Shown here: piece by piece, positions 49,179 through 59,138 of the stretch
Numbering within the stretch: position 1 is the stretch's first letter
Layout of the letters: every line of letters begins with the position of its first letter
Virus record (IMG/VR): IMGVR_UViG_3300045976_000096
Location: 32,001-96,000 of that record
Length of the DNA stretch: 64,000 nucleotides
Source of the DNA: a virus
Strand: one strand, 5' to 3'
Notes under the pieces: model-generated
The model's input: only the letters and a program-made list of their open reading frames with translations
Told to the model about the DNA's origin: nothing
Database searches by the model: none
Program-made: the position numbers and the translations under genes

Positions 49179-50918
49179 CTACGCGGCCGTCATCAAGACG
49201 GGAAAGCCCAGCGCCGCCAGGTCCACATCGCGCCCGTGCTCGTGGATGAAGCGGTCGAACCCGGCAGTCTCCTTGATGATGCTCTGGCGCTGCTTGGCGT
49301 GCAGTTTCAGATGGTCGTTAAAGTCGTCGGCGAAGTCGGTCACGAAACACAGGTTCGGCCCCTTCTTTTTCGCCCGCAGGCCGCGCCCGATGCGCTGCCT
49401 GAGCGCCACCTCGGCCTTGCCGCCGCCGGCCAGGCAGACATGGCCCACGGCCGGCACGTCCACGCCCACGTCGAGGATCGTGGTGCCGATCAGGACGTCG
49501 ATGTCGCCGGCGGCCAGGCGCGCAAGCGCGCGCTTCCGCTCGTCCTGGTCGTTCTCGCCGCGGATGAAGCACACGCGCAGGCCGGCCGCGCGCATGGCGG
49601 CTTCCAGCACGTCGCCATGCTTGGTCTGCTGGATCAGAACCATCGAGGTCAGGCCGTGGCGCGCGAACATGCTGCAGCGGTCCACGATGATGTCGTTGCG
49701 GTATTCGTTCTCGACGATGCCGATCCGGTACGCGCTCTGCCAGCCGGTGCCGCGAAACAGCTTGGCCGGCTTGTGGCGCAGCTGGATGAAGGTGAAGTGC
49801 GGCTGCGCCAGGATGCCGCGGTCGATCAGCATTTCCTCGCTGATCTTGATGGCGATCGGGCCGGAGCACGCCATCAGGCGCATGTTCGATTCCTGGTCGC
49901 CCTTCATGAACGGCGTGCCGGTCAGCGCCAGGCGGTAATAGGCGTTCTTGCAGTGTTTCAGGATCTGGTAGTAGCTCTCGCCCGACGCCTCGTGCGCTTC
50001 TTCGAGAATCACGAGACCGAAACGCTCCAGCAGGGCAATTACGCGCGCGCGCTCGCGCATATGTTCGTTCACCTTCACCGCGGCATCGGCGCGCAGGCTG
50101 GCCGCGATCTTCTTGCGCTCGATTTCCTGGTTTTGCTCGAATTCCTTGAGCAGGCGACGCTTTTCCGCCGGCGGCGTGCGCAATAAACCGAGCTTCGTCT
50201 CGTATTCCTTGTAGTCCTTGAGTTCTTTCTTGACGCGCGCGTCCATCATTTTTTCGAGTTCGCCCTCGACGGTCTTCTCCTCGACGCGCGCGGCGAGCGT
50301 CTGCACCATGCCGACGCAGATTTTGCGCACCGCGCGCCCGCCGCCCGCCGTCTCGTGCCCGAACTGGCCGTCGCCCAGCACGGAGCAGGCGGTGCCCATT
50401 TCCTCGAACGCGTCCTTCATCTGGTACATCAGGATGCCGCGCGTGGTCAGGAACAGGGTCGGCAGGTTGATCGAAGCGTAGGCCATGCGCGCGATGCGGC
50501 TCTTGCCGCCGCCAGTGGCCACGCGCGCGATGATCTGGCCGTGCTTGCGCAACTGCTTGACCACCTCCGGCTGGTAGTCGTAGCGCGGATCGTAGCCGAA
50601 CGAGTCGATGTCGGGACGCTCCGGCCCCTGCGGCTCGGGCAGGGGGCGCTTGACGTGGCGCACCTGATAGCCTTGCGCGCGCAGCTTGGCCGAGACGTAA
50701 TGCACGAAGCCGGCCGGGAAGGTGCCGGCGCGAAAGTCCAGGAACGAGCTGCGGCCATCCCAGTTGCCCTTCTTGAAGGACATGACGTGCTCGGCGCCGG
50801 CAACCGCGTACGAGAGAATCTCCTGGACCGCCAGCTTGACCACCCGGTCGGGGTCGTGCAACTTGGCGATGACGGCGTTACTGGCGATTGTGATTGTAAG
50901 GCTCATTGCGCTTGCCAT
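49179..50918 (-). CDS. superfamily 2 (UvsW/DEAH-like) helicase
   Basis: ATGGGKS, EEAH, LTGTP, LDVGVDVP, QRIGRGLR. Confidence 0.92.
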   Translation of the reverse strand: MASAMSLTITIASNAVIAKLHDPDRVVKLAVQEILSYAVAGAEHVMSFKKGNWDGRSSFLDFRAGTFPAGFVHYVSAKLRAQGYQVRHVKRPLPEPQGPERPDIDSFGYDPRYDYQPEVVKQLRKHGQIIARVATGGGKSRIARMAYASINLPTLFLTTRGILMYQMKDAFEEMGTACSVLGDGQFGHETAGGGRAVRKICVGMVQTLAARVEEKTVEGELEKMMDARVKKELKDYKEYETKLGLLRTPPAEKRRLLKEFEQNQEIERKKIAASLRADAAVKVNEHMRERARVIALLERFGLVILEEAHEASGESYYQILKHCKNAYYRLALTGTPFMKGDQESNMRLMACSGPIAIKISEEMLIDRGILAQPHFTFIQLRHKPAKLFRGTGWQSAYRIGIVENEYRNDIIVDRCSMFARHGLTSMVLIQQTKHGDVLEAAMRAAGLRVCFIRGENDQDERKRALARLAAGDIDVLIGTTILDVGVDVPAVGHVCLAGGGKAEVALRQRIGRGLRAKKKGPNLCFVTDFADDFNDHLKLHAKQRQSIIKETAGFDRFIHEHGRDVDLAALGFPVLMTAA

Positions 50919-50977
50919 TTCTCTTAGGAAGGAATAAAGTATAAGTCACGACTGACTTATCCGCAATCTCTCTGCAC

Positions 50978-51628
50978 ATGCCCACCACTCTCCTGCAGGA
51001 CATCGACCCCCGGCTGCTGCAGCCGAACCCCTGGAACACGAACGTCGTGTCGCCTGACAACGAAGCCAAGATCGACGCCTCGGTCAAGCGTCTCGGCATG
51101 TTCAAACCCATCATCGTGCGCACCCTCCCTGACGGCACCCTGCAAATTCTCGGCGGCGCGCACCGGCGCGATTCCGCGATCCGCCTGCACATGACCACCG
51201 TCCCGGTGATCAACCTCGGCATCATCGACGACAAGAAAGCCAAGGAAGTCGGTATCGTCGACAACGGCCGCTACGGCGAAGACGACACGCTGGGCCTGGC
51301 CGAATTGCTGGAATCGCTGGGTTCGCCCGGCGAGCTGGCCGAATTCATGCCGTTCACGAACGCGGATTTCGAGTCGATCTTCGCTTCAAGCAATATAGCA
51401 CTCGACGAGCTGGATTTGCCCGACGAATCCGGTTCGCCGGCACCGTCGCCTGCAACCAAGCCTGCCCAGACCCACGTCGTCATGCGCTTCAAGGTGCCAC
51501 TGGGCGACGACGGCATGATCGCCGACGCCATCGCGCAGGTGCAGAAGCAGCAGGGCTTCACCGACGAGGACGCGCTGTCCAACGCCGGCAACGCCCTGGT
51601 CCACATCTTCAAGAGGGCGGGGTACTGA
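50978..51628 (+). CDS. ParB/Srx N-terminal domain protein
   Basis: PNPWN.N, G..KPIIVR, GGAHR. Confidence 0.85.
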   Translation: MPTTLLQDIDPRLLQPNPWNTNVVSPDNEAKIDASVKRLGMFKPIIVRTLPDGTLQILGGAHRRDSAIRLHMTTVPVINLGIIDDKKAKEVGIVDNGRYGEDDTLGLAELLESLGSPGELAEFMPFTNADFESIFASSNIALDELDLPDESGSPAPSPATKPAQTHVVMRFKVPLGDDGMIADAIAQVQKQQGFTDEDALSNAGNALVHIFKRAGY

Positions 51629-51629
51629 C

Positions 51630-51797
51630 ATGCCCAAGGCCCGCTTTGAATTCTGTGACGCCTGCGTCAACAGCGAAATTCCCTACGAGTGCGTGACCTG
51701 CAAGGACGGCAGCAAGTTCGAGGCGGCCGACGCCGTCGAGGAGCTGACCGTCCACGAGCTGCGCATGATGACCATCCCCACCGAAGACGACGAATAA
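51630..51797 (+). CDS. small Cys-rich protein
   Basis: CDAC...CVTC; TAATG overlap. Confidence 0.5.
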   Translation: MPKARFEFCDACVNSEIPYECVTCKDGSKFEAADAVEELTVHELRMMTIPTEDDE

Positions 51798-52096
51798 TGG
51801 ACAACCAACACAGAAAAATTCGTGGCTACCGCGAGCTGTCGCAGGCTGAAATCGACCTGATGAACAAGATCAAGGAACAAGGCCTGGCCCTGGCAGCGCT
51901 GATCACCGAGGTCCAGCTGCACCACAAGGCCCAGCGCGCGGCGTGCACCCAGACGCCGACTGCCGCCGGCGACGAGCAAGAGCAGGAGCGCCTGCGCCTG
52001 GCCGAGCCGGAGCGCTGGGCCTCGATTGGCCGCACCCACTTCCAGGAAGGTCTGATGGCCTTGACGCGCAGCGTGGCGCAGCCGGGGTTCTTCTGA
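51797..52096 (+). CDS. acb2: anti-CBASS cyclic-nucleotide sponge Acb2 (Vs.4 family)
   Basis: MDNQHRKIRGYRELSQAEIDLMNKIK...EPERWASIGRTHFQEGLMALTRSVAQP matches the recalled Acb2 signature. Confidence 0.88.
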   Translation: MDNQHRKIRGYRELSQAEIDLMNKIKEQGLALAALITEVQLHHKAQRAACTQTPTAAGDEQEQERLRLAEPERWASIGRTHFQEGLMALTRSVAQPGFF

Positions 52097-52397
52097 TGAC
52101 GCCCGCTGACGTATTCGTCTGGACCTGCACGATCACGACATGCTGCCTGGTTGTCGGGGCCGGCGTGGGCCTGCTGGCGCTTGGCTTTAACGCGCTCGAA
52201 AAGGAGATTTTCAAATGATCGCCTGGTGGATTCTACCGCTGGCCATCAGCGTGTCCTGCCTGCTTACGATCGCCTGGTGGTGTGACGAGAACATGCCCTA
52301 CCGCAGCCTGATGGCGGCCGTCGCAGTATTCCTCGCCATCGTGCCGAACGCCATCGTCTGGGTGTTTGCCTTCCTGATTTCCCGAATGATGCCATGA
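52096..52397 (+). CDS. two tiny membrane ORFs (52096-52218, 52215-52397)
   Basis: Hydrophobic, coupled. Confidence 0.45.
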
Positions 52398-53041
52398 CCG
52401 ACCACAACATCCAGATGTGGGACACCTCCCGTCCCAAACCCTACGCGCTGAACGCCAAGATTCACGACGACGCGCAGGTGACGAAGATCGCCGCCTCGAT
52501 CCAGAAGTTCGGTTGGCGCGGCAATCCCATCGTCGTCGACGAGAACGAGGTGATCCTGGCCGGCCACGGCCGCCGCCTGGCCGCCCTGAAGCTGGGCCTG
52601 AAGCAGGTGCCGGTGGTCCAGATGAAGGACATGACCGAGGACGAGAAGCGCGCGTATCGTCTGGCCGACAACCGCGTCGCCATCTCGAACCTGGACGCCG
52701 ACATCCTGGCTCAGGAAATCGAGGGCCTGGACTTCGACCTGAACGAGTTCTTCGACGCCAAGGAAATCAGCTTCGTCACCGCCGACCTCGGCACCCTGAA
52801 CGAAAGCGCCTTCGTGGCCGACCTGGACGCGGAAATCGACGCCCAGAGCGCCGAGACGACGGCAACGATCGCCGCGGCCGCCGACAAGCCGGTGCCGGTC
52901 GCCAAGGCGCTCGGCTTCAAGACCATCAAGGGGGCCGACGAACGGGCCGTGGCGCGCTTCATGGCCACGATCGAGGCCGACACCGGCAAGACCGGCGTCG
53001 ACGCCTTCATGGCCTTCGTACGTAGCGTGGTGGGCAAATGA
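52394..53041 (+). CDS. ParB/Srx N-terminal domain protein
   Basis: PY..NAK.H, PIVVD, AGHGR, ADNR. Confidence 0.88.
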   Translation: MTDHNIQMWDTSRPKPYALNAKIHDDAQVTKIAASIQKFGWRGNPIVVDENEVILAGHGRRLAALKLGLKQVPVVQMKDMTEDEKRAYRLADNRVAISNLDADILAQEIEGLDFDLNEFFDAKEISFVTADLGTLNESAFVADLDAEIDAQSAETTATIAAAADKPVPVAKALGFKTIKGADERAVARFMATIEADTGKTGVDAFMAFVRSVVGK

Positions 53042-53374
53042 GGGACGACGTCTGCTTCTGGATTGCCCGCCATCTGCCGCGGCGCCTGGTGTACTGGTGC
53101 GCGGTGCGTCTGATGGCGCATGGCGCCGCCGCCAACCCGACCCGCGAAGTGCCGGCGATGACCGGCATCGACTACCTGATGGCTTGGAGGAAGCGATGAC
53201 CGAGCTGAAACGCGGCCGCCTGACCATCAGGGGCAACCAGACCACGAAGGGCTTCGGCTGCCACTGCAGTGGCCCGGCCTACGGCACCGAGTTCTGCCTG
53301 TGCGAACTGGCCCGGATGCAGGCCGAGCAGGAGGAGCGCGGTGACGATGACGACGATTACGAGGATCGCAAGAA

Positions 53375-54031
53375 ATGACCACTTTTACCATCGACAAGCG
53401 CTTCCACACGACCGTGGAGCGCACCGACCGCGTGCTGGAAATCGCCGAAGCGTTCGGCCTGGGCCTGGACGACAAGGAATTCGTCGTGTTCGACCAGCAG
53501 CCGATCGACATCGAGCAGGGTGACGTCGTCTACGTGACGGGCCAGTCGGGCGCCGGCAAATCCACCGTGCTGCGCGAGCTGGCGGCCCAGATGCAGGCCG
53601 CCGGCCTGGCCGTGACCGACATCGACGCCATCCCGCTGCTGGACAAGCCGCTGATCGACCAGATCGGCAAGACCACCCAGGAGGCGCTGAACTTCCTGTC
53701 GATCGCCGGCCTGAATGACGCCTACCTGTTCATCAGGAAGCCGGCCGAGCTGTCCGACGGCCAGCGCTACCGCTTCCGCCTGGCCAAGCTGATCGAGTCG
53801 GGCGCGCGCGTCTGGGTCGCCGACGAGTTCCTGGCCGTGCTCGACCGCACCACCGCCAAGGTGATCGCGTTCAACCTGCAAAAGACCGCGAGAAAGACCG
53901 GCGCCACCCTGATCGTGGCCACCACCCACACCGACATGGTCGACGACCTGGCGCCCAACCTTTACGTGGAGAAGCGTTACAGGGAAAAGATCCAGATCAT
54001 TCGCGCGCCAGAGGGCATGAAGAATGTCTAA
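53375..54031 (+). CDS. soluble ABC-type ATPase
   Basis: GQSGAGKS, LSDGQ, VADEF, ATTH. Confidence 0.88.
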   Translation: MTTFTIDKRFHTTVERTDRVLEIAEAFGLGLDDKEFVVFDQQPIDIEQGDVVYVTGQSGAGKSTVLRELAAQMQAAGLAVTDIDAIPLLDKPLIDQIGKTTQEALNFLSIAGLNDAYLFIRKPAELSDGQRYRFRLAKLIESGARVWVADEFLAVLDRTTAKVIAFNLQKTARKTGATLIVATTHTDMVDDLAPNLYVEKRYREKIQIIRAPEGMKNV

Positions 54032-54581
54032 GGCGGGCATCTACCGGATCAGCAACCGCGAGAACGGCAAGTTCTATGTCGGCAGCGCGGTCAACCTGGA
54101 AAAGCGGTTCTACCTGCACCGCAACCAGCTCGACCTCGGCAAGCACCGGAACAGCCACCTGCAGCGCGCCTGGGACAAGCACGGCGCCGACGCCTTCGAC
54201 TTTACGGTCCTGCAGTACGTCGAGGACAAGACGCAGCTGGTGGCGATCGAGCAGAACTGGATCGACACCCTGCGCGCTACCGAGCTCGGCTACAACATCT
54301 GCAAGGTGGCTAACAGCCGCCTGGGTGTGAAGGCCAGCGACGAGACCAAGGCGCGCATGTCGGCGGCAATGGCCGGGAAGACGCACACCGAAGAGACCCG
54401 AAAGAAAATGTCGGCCGCCAAGGCCGGCGTACCGAAACCACCACGATCGGCTGAGCATCGCGAAAAGCTCGGCGCCGTCCACCGCGGCAAGATCGTGTCC
54501 GAAGAAACGCGCGCAAAGCTGCGCGCCGCGCGAGCTGCACGCGAAGCACGTCGCGCACCCGAAGGAATGAAGAATGCATAA
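54024..54581 (+). mobile_element. free-standing GIY-YIG homing endonuclease with NUMOD3 repeats
   Basis: GIYRI...YVGSA, IEQ, GYN, HTEETRKKMS. Confidence 0.9.
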
Positions 54582-54894
54582 CACCCACAACACCGCCTTT
54601 TTCGACGACGTGCTGAAGGCATCCTACGCCGCGCCGGTCGTGGTCATGTTCCACGCCAGCTGGTGCGGCCCGTGCCGCGGCATGAAGCCGCTGGTCGAGG
54701 CCATGGCGGCCGAACTGGGCTTCACCCTGGTCGGCGTTGACGCCGGCGAGCAGCGCGACCTGGCTGCCATGGAAGGCGTGCGCGGCGTGCCGACCATCAT
54801 CGTCTACAGAAACGCGGTCGCGGTCGGTCAGCCCTCGGTCGGCGGCAAGACCGAAGCCCAGCTGCGCAGCTTCCTGGCTGCGGCGGGGGTATGA
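54574..54894 (+). CDS. trxA: thioredoxin
   Basis: WCGPC active site, GVPT cis-Pro loop. Confidence 0.92.
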   Translation: MHNTHNTAFFDDVLKASYAAPVVVMFHASWCGPCRGMKPLVEAMAAELGFTLVGVDAGEQRDLAAMEGVRGVPTIIVYRNAVAVGQPSVGGKTEAQLRSFLAAAGV

Positions 54895-54952
54895 CCATGT
54901 TCCATACGCTCGCACACAAGCAGACCCGCCCGGTCGACACCAAGGAGAAGAA

Positions 54953-55306
54953 ATGACCGCCGACAATTTCGTCCACTGGCTGCAGGGCTTTTTCGACTGC
55001 ATGGACGGCAAGCCGCTGCTGCCGGCCGACGTGGCCAAGATCCAGATGAAGATGGCCGAGATCGACAGCAAGCCGAGCCAGCACGTCAGCTTCCCGCCCG
55101 GTATCCGCGGCCTGGGCACCGGCGGGCCGGTCGCCACCGACCTGCTGTACCGGGGCGGCACCGTCGGCGTACCGTTCTCCACCTCGCGCGCACACCCGAC
55201 CGACCCGAACATCGCCCTGTGCAGCTCCGGCGTCAGCGGCAGCCTGGTCGCCGCCGGCACGCTGGACGCATCCGCCGTGACCGCCTCGCGCGAGGTGGCG
55301 CAATGA
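54953..55306 (+). CDS. hypothetical protein
   Basis: AAGGAG RBS; NFVHWLQGFF motif. Confidence 0.55.
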   Translation: MTADNFVHWLQGFFDCMDGKPLLPADVAKIQMKMAEIDSKPSQHVSFPPGIRGLGTGGPVATDLLYRGGTVGVPFSTSRAHPTDPNIALCSSGVSGSLVAAGTLDASAVTASREVAQ

Positions 55307-55414
55307 GCTGGATGGCCATCCTGATGATCATCTTCGGCGGAGGCAAGAAGTGAATACCGGCCTTCTAATTTTGGTGATTTTAGCAATCATGATCTGGTTT
55401 TTGAGGGGTCGCAA

Positions 55415-56392
55415 ATGACGACCATCATCGACAACGCGGACGTGCGCATCGTGCGCCGCGCCATGCCTGCCAACCACACGCTGTCGCTTCTGGACCGCAT
55501 CTACGTCGAGCGCGGCACCAAGGCGGACTGGGATCTGCTGCACGAGCTGCACTACAAGGCCGAGCGTCTCGGGATCGGCCCGAAAATCTACCGCTGCGTG
55601 CTCGATGGCCAGGTGATCGGCGTGGGTGTGATGACGGTGCCGAAAATGCTGCTTTCGGGCCGCAACGAGGCCATGCCGCACATGCGTCCCAACGTGGACG
55701 GGCGCGACACGCGCCTGATCAACCGCACACGCGCGCTGTGGCTCAACGCGCACGCCTGCACCAACAGCCGCCTGGTGCTGGACACGATGTACCGCGGCGC
55801 CGGCATCGCGTACCGCATGCAGAACCTCATGATGCGCATGACCGGCTGCCGCTACGTCGAATTCCAGTCGTCGATGAGCAAATTCAACCCGTTCGCGGCG
55901 AAGGCCGGCATGCGCTTCACGAAACCCAAGCGCAGCTCCAACTACGAGAAGGGCCTGGCCTTTTTCCAGCGCTGGTTCGAGAGCGTGCCGATGGATTATG
56001 TCGGCATCAAGGCGGAAATCGACGCCATGCCGCCGGCGGTACAGACAAAGTGCATCGCCGAGATGCGCAAGTTCTACTACACCTGCTCGTCGATGGAGAA
56101 ATCCGGCGACAACCGCGCCAATGGCACCACGCGCGTCGACGCGATGGCGGTCGGCTACCTCTTGAAAAGCCTGCAGCAGCTCGTGCTGGCCAGTCCGCTG
56201 TACGGGATTTTCGAGAACCCCGATTTCTGCCACCCGCTGCCAGCGCGCCTGCCGCTGGTCGCGTTCGACAATCAATCCCTCGGGTCGCCACTCGATTTGG
56301 AAGCCGCCTACGTGCAAATGGGCCGCATTCCGGTCGTCGACGACCTGACCAACCCGGAAGACGAAGATGCACCTGACAGCCAAGCAGATTGA
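55415..56392 (+). CDS. GNAT-fold (Mom-like) acyltransferase
   Basis: LHY, SRLVLDTMYRGAGIA acyl-CoA motif, MSKFNPF..KAGM. Confidence 0.7.
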   Translation: MTTIIDNADVRIVRRAMPANHTLSLLDRIYVERGTKADWDLLHELHYKAERLGIGPKIYRCVLDGQVIGVGVMTVPKMLLSGRNEAMPHMRPNVDGRDTRLINRTRALWLNAHACTNSRLVLDTMYRGAGIAYRMQNLMMRMTGCRYVEFQSSMSKFNPFAAKAGMRFTKPKRSSNYEKGLAFFQRWFESVPMDYVGIKAEIDAMPPAVQTKCIAEMRKFYYTCSSMEKSGDNRANGTTRVDAMAVGYLLKSLQQLVLASPLYGIFENPDFCHPLPARLPLVAFDNQSLGSPLDLEAAYVQMGRIPVVDDLTNPEDEDAPDSQAD

Positions 56393-56687
56393 ACTTTTGC
56401 GCGTGATCGGCGCCGGCGGGCCGGATGGTTCGTGCGACCTGGACGAAATTCTCGCCAACGTGCGCTACCAGACCACCAAGGCCAGCCTGCAGTTCTCGAT
56501 CCGCGCGCTGGTCAACCACGGCCTGATCGAAAAGCTGGCGGTCGAGAAGCGCCGCGGGCGCCAGCGCCGGCCGATCGGCCTGACGGAAATGGGTCGCGCA
56601 CTGGCCGGCACCGGCAAGAAGTCCGAAGCCGCGGTGTTGGTCGCGCCCGAGGATGACTTTCTGGACGAAATCATCGAGTTGTCATAA
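56367..56687 (+). CDS. winged-helix DNA-binding protein
   Basis: LT.KQ..LL, S...SIRALV.HGLIEK, LTEMGR. Confidence 0.75.
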   Translation: MHLTAKQIELLRVIGAGGPDGSCDLDEILANVRYQTTKASLQFSIRALVNHGLIEKLAVEKRRGRQRRPIGLTEMGRALAGTGKKSEAAVLVAPEDDFLDEIIELS

Positions 56688-56690
56688 TGG

Positions 56691-57024
56691 GTACGTTTTT
56701 ACGATGTGAAAAACGTACTCAGGATGACAACACTCCCGCGACTTATCTCACGCAGGATTTTGCGGGCGATAAGTACCAAAAGTTACCCGCTTCCGCGCGA
56801 GATAAGTACCAAAAGTTACTCCATTCCGCGGTTTCTGCGTGAGATAAGTCGCCAAAAACAGTGGAAAAACGATGCTTTTTGGAACTTATCATTTCCCGGA
56901 TGAAACTTATCACTCGGGGTCTCTTCTATAAAGTATTTAATACTTATAGAGAGTAAGAAGTAAGAAGTAAAAAGTATTTCGGAAAATCCGCGGAGTGATA
57001 AGTTTCCCGGATGCAATGATAAGT
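56691..57024. repeat. origin- or pac-like region with GATAAGT iterons, nested inverted repeats and an AT-rich core
   Basis: 19-bp direct repeat 56768/56801; 18-bp inverted repeat 56738/56835; imperfect inverted repeat 56884-56915 / 56993-57024 around an AT-rich tract. Confidence 0.7.
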
Positions 57025-57184
57025 CCGGGCGCGGAAGGATCGCGGAATGGAAAACCTGCGGCCCGAAAATAAGTCATCACTGACTTGACACCGGACCCCG
57101 GACGGGTTACAGTGCGTCCATATTGTTCTCCAATGGGCGCCCTTCTCCCAGCGCCCATTTTTTTTGCCTTGAAGGAATAGAACA

Positions 57185-57832
57185 GTGACAGCAGCACCGA
57201 AGACCACGAAACACCGCCTGTCCGCGAAGCAGTGGGCCGAGGCGGAAGCGCTCTGGGAGAGCGGCACCGTCACGTACGAAGACCTGATGAAGAAGTTCGG
57301 CCTGGCCCAGTCCAGCTTCGAGCGCCACTTCAAGAAGACCGGCACGGTCAAGGGTGCGCGCGCCGCCGCCATCAAGGCGAAGGTCGACGAGAAGCTGGCT
57401 ACGGCCGCGATCGACGAAGCCACCGTCATCGCCGCCCGCATCAAGGAGACCAAGGAGCAGCACTACACGATGTCGGCCAACCTGTCCAAGCTGGCCTACG
57501 CGGAAATCCTGCAGGCGAAGAAGGACGGGCACCCGGTCGCGGTGGCGCTAAACAACCTGAAAGCCCTCGACAAGGCGATGGACGTGCTGGCCAAGGGTCG
57601 CGCCGAGCGTTACGCGATCCTCGGTCTGGACCGCCCGGACGCCGTCAACCCGGACGAGCTGCCGGAACTGGTCATTTCCGAACTGACCGCGGAGCAGATC
57701 GAGGAGCTGCGCAAACGCGACGAGGCGGACCTGGACGAGGTGCCGACCGGCGCCAACCAGAACGCGGTGCAGGCGGACGAGGTCGATGACGACCTCGAGG
57801 ACGACGGCGACGCCGTGGTCGAGGAGTCCTGA
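57185..57832 (+). CDS. terS: terminase small subunit (putative)
   Basis: N-terminal HTH, coupled to TerL. Confidence 0.7.
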   Translation: MTAAPKTTKHRLSAKQWAEAEALWESGTVTYEDLMKKFGLAQSSFERHFKKTGTVKGARAAAIKAKVDEKLATAAIDEATVIAARIKETKEQHYTMSANLSKLAYAEILQAKKDGHPVAVALNNLKALDKAMDVLAKGRAERYAILGLDRPDAVNPDELPELVISELTAEQIEELRKRDEADLDEVPTGANQNAVQADEVDDDLEDDGDAVVEES

Positions 57833-59097
57833 TGGCCGGCAAGGCGTCGCTCAAGCTGCACCCGAAGCAGATGATGGTGTACCGCTGCGAGAAGCGCTTT
57901 CGCGTGGTGGTCGCCGGTCGCCGCTGGGGCAAAACGGCGCTGTCGCGCGTCCTGATTATCACCCGCGCCAGGAAACGCAAGAGCAAAATCTGGTACGTCG
58001 CGCCGACCTACAAGATGGCCAAGCAGATCATGTGGAACGATCTGCTGGAAGCCGTGCCAAAGCGCTGGATCAGGAAGGTCAACGAGACGCGCCTGGAAAT
58101 CACCCTCGTCAACGGCACCATCATCGAGCTGAAAGGCGCCGACAAGGGCGACTCGCTGCGCGGCGTGGGCGTGGACTTCCTGGTGCTGGACGAATTCCAG
58201 GACATCGACCCCGAGACCTGGACCAAGGTCTTGCGTCCGACCCTGGCCGACCGCCAGGGTCACGCGATCTTCATCGGCACGCCCAAGGCCTACAACTACC
58301 TGTACACGCTGTACCAGTACGGCCAGCGCGGCGACATCTACCTCGACGAGAACGGCCGCGAGCGCAAGAACCAGTGGGCGTCGTGGCAGTTTCCGACCAT
58401 GACCTCGCCCTTCATTCCGCTGTCGGAAATCGAGGCGGCCAAGCAGGACATGGACGAGAAATCGTTCAACCAGGAGTTCAACGCCTCCTTCGAGACCATG
58501 AGCGGCCGGGTCTACTACCCGTTCGACCGCATGGAGCACGTCGGCAGCTACCCGTTCAATCCAAAGCTGCCGATCTGGGTCGGCATGGACTTCAACATCG
58601 ACCCGATGTCCACCGTGATCTACCAGCCGCAGAAGAACGGCGAGCTGTGGGCGGTGGATGAAATCGTGCTGTTTTCGTCCAACACCGAGGAAATCTGCGA
58701 GGAGCTGGAAAAGCGCTACTGGCGCCATCTGGTCCAGATCGTGATGTATCCCGACCCCGCCGGCGGCCAGCGCCAGCACGCGCGCGGCGAGACCGACCTC
58801 GATATCCTGCGCGAGAAAGGCTTCAAGCGCATCAAGTACCGCAAGAAGCACCCGGCCGTGGCCGACCGCGTCAACGCCGTGAACCGCATGCTGAAAGCGG
58901 CCGACGGCACCATCCGGCTGCGCGTGGACGAGAAGTGCAAGCATTTCATCAACGCCCTGGAGCAGACCATCTACAAGCCAGGCTCGCGCGACGTCGACAA
59001 GACCGGCGGCACCGAACACAGCGCCGACGCCGGCGGTTACTGCATCGAGCTGGAATTCCCGGTGCGTAAGGTGGAAATCGGCGGCATGTCGCGATAG
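57832..59097 (+). CDS. terL: terminase large subunit
   Basis: AGRRWGKT, LVLDE, GTP, GMDFN, HSADA. Confidence 0.95.
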   Translation: MAGKASLKLHPKQMMVYRCEKRFRVVVAGRRWGKTALSRVLIITRARKRKSKIWYVAPTYKMAKQIMWNDLLEAVPKRWIRKVNETRLEITLVNGTIIELKGADKGDSLRGVGVDFLVLDEFQDIDPETWTKVLRPTLADRQGHAIFIGTPKAYNYLYTLYQYGQRGDIYLDENGRERKNQWASWQFPTMTSPFIPLSEIEAAKQDMDEKSFNQEFNASFETMSGRVYYPFDRMEHVGSYPFNPKLPIWVGMDFNIDPMSTVIYQPQKNGELWAVDEIVLFSSNTEEICEELEKRYWRHLVQIVMYPDPAGGQRQHARGETDLDILREKGFKRIKYRKKHPAVADRVNAVNRMLKAADGTIRLRVDEKCKHFINALEQTIYKPGSRDVDKTGGTEHSADAGGYCIELEFPVRKVEIGGMSR

Positions 59098-59138
59098 GCT
59101 TGACATATAAGTCACCACTGAATTACCATCGGAATCCT

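Noticed and set aside
50978-53041. Classical ParABS partition operon
   Set aside because: No ParA in the window, and the ParB-like ORFs show the N-terminal domain without an evident parS-binding HTH
53375-54031. ABC transporter
   Set aside because: No recognisable permease or binding protein; the ParB/GNAT/terminase context points to DNA processing
26443-54581. Group I introns or inteins around the GIY-YIG genes, or inside nrdA, recA or terL
   Set aside because: Flanking genes appear complete, the endonucleases are intergenic, and the core genes have normal uninterrupted lengths
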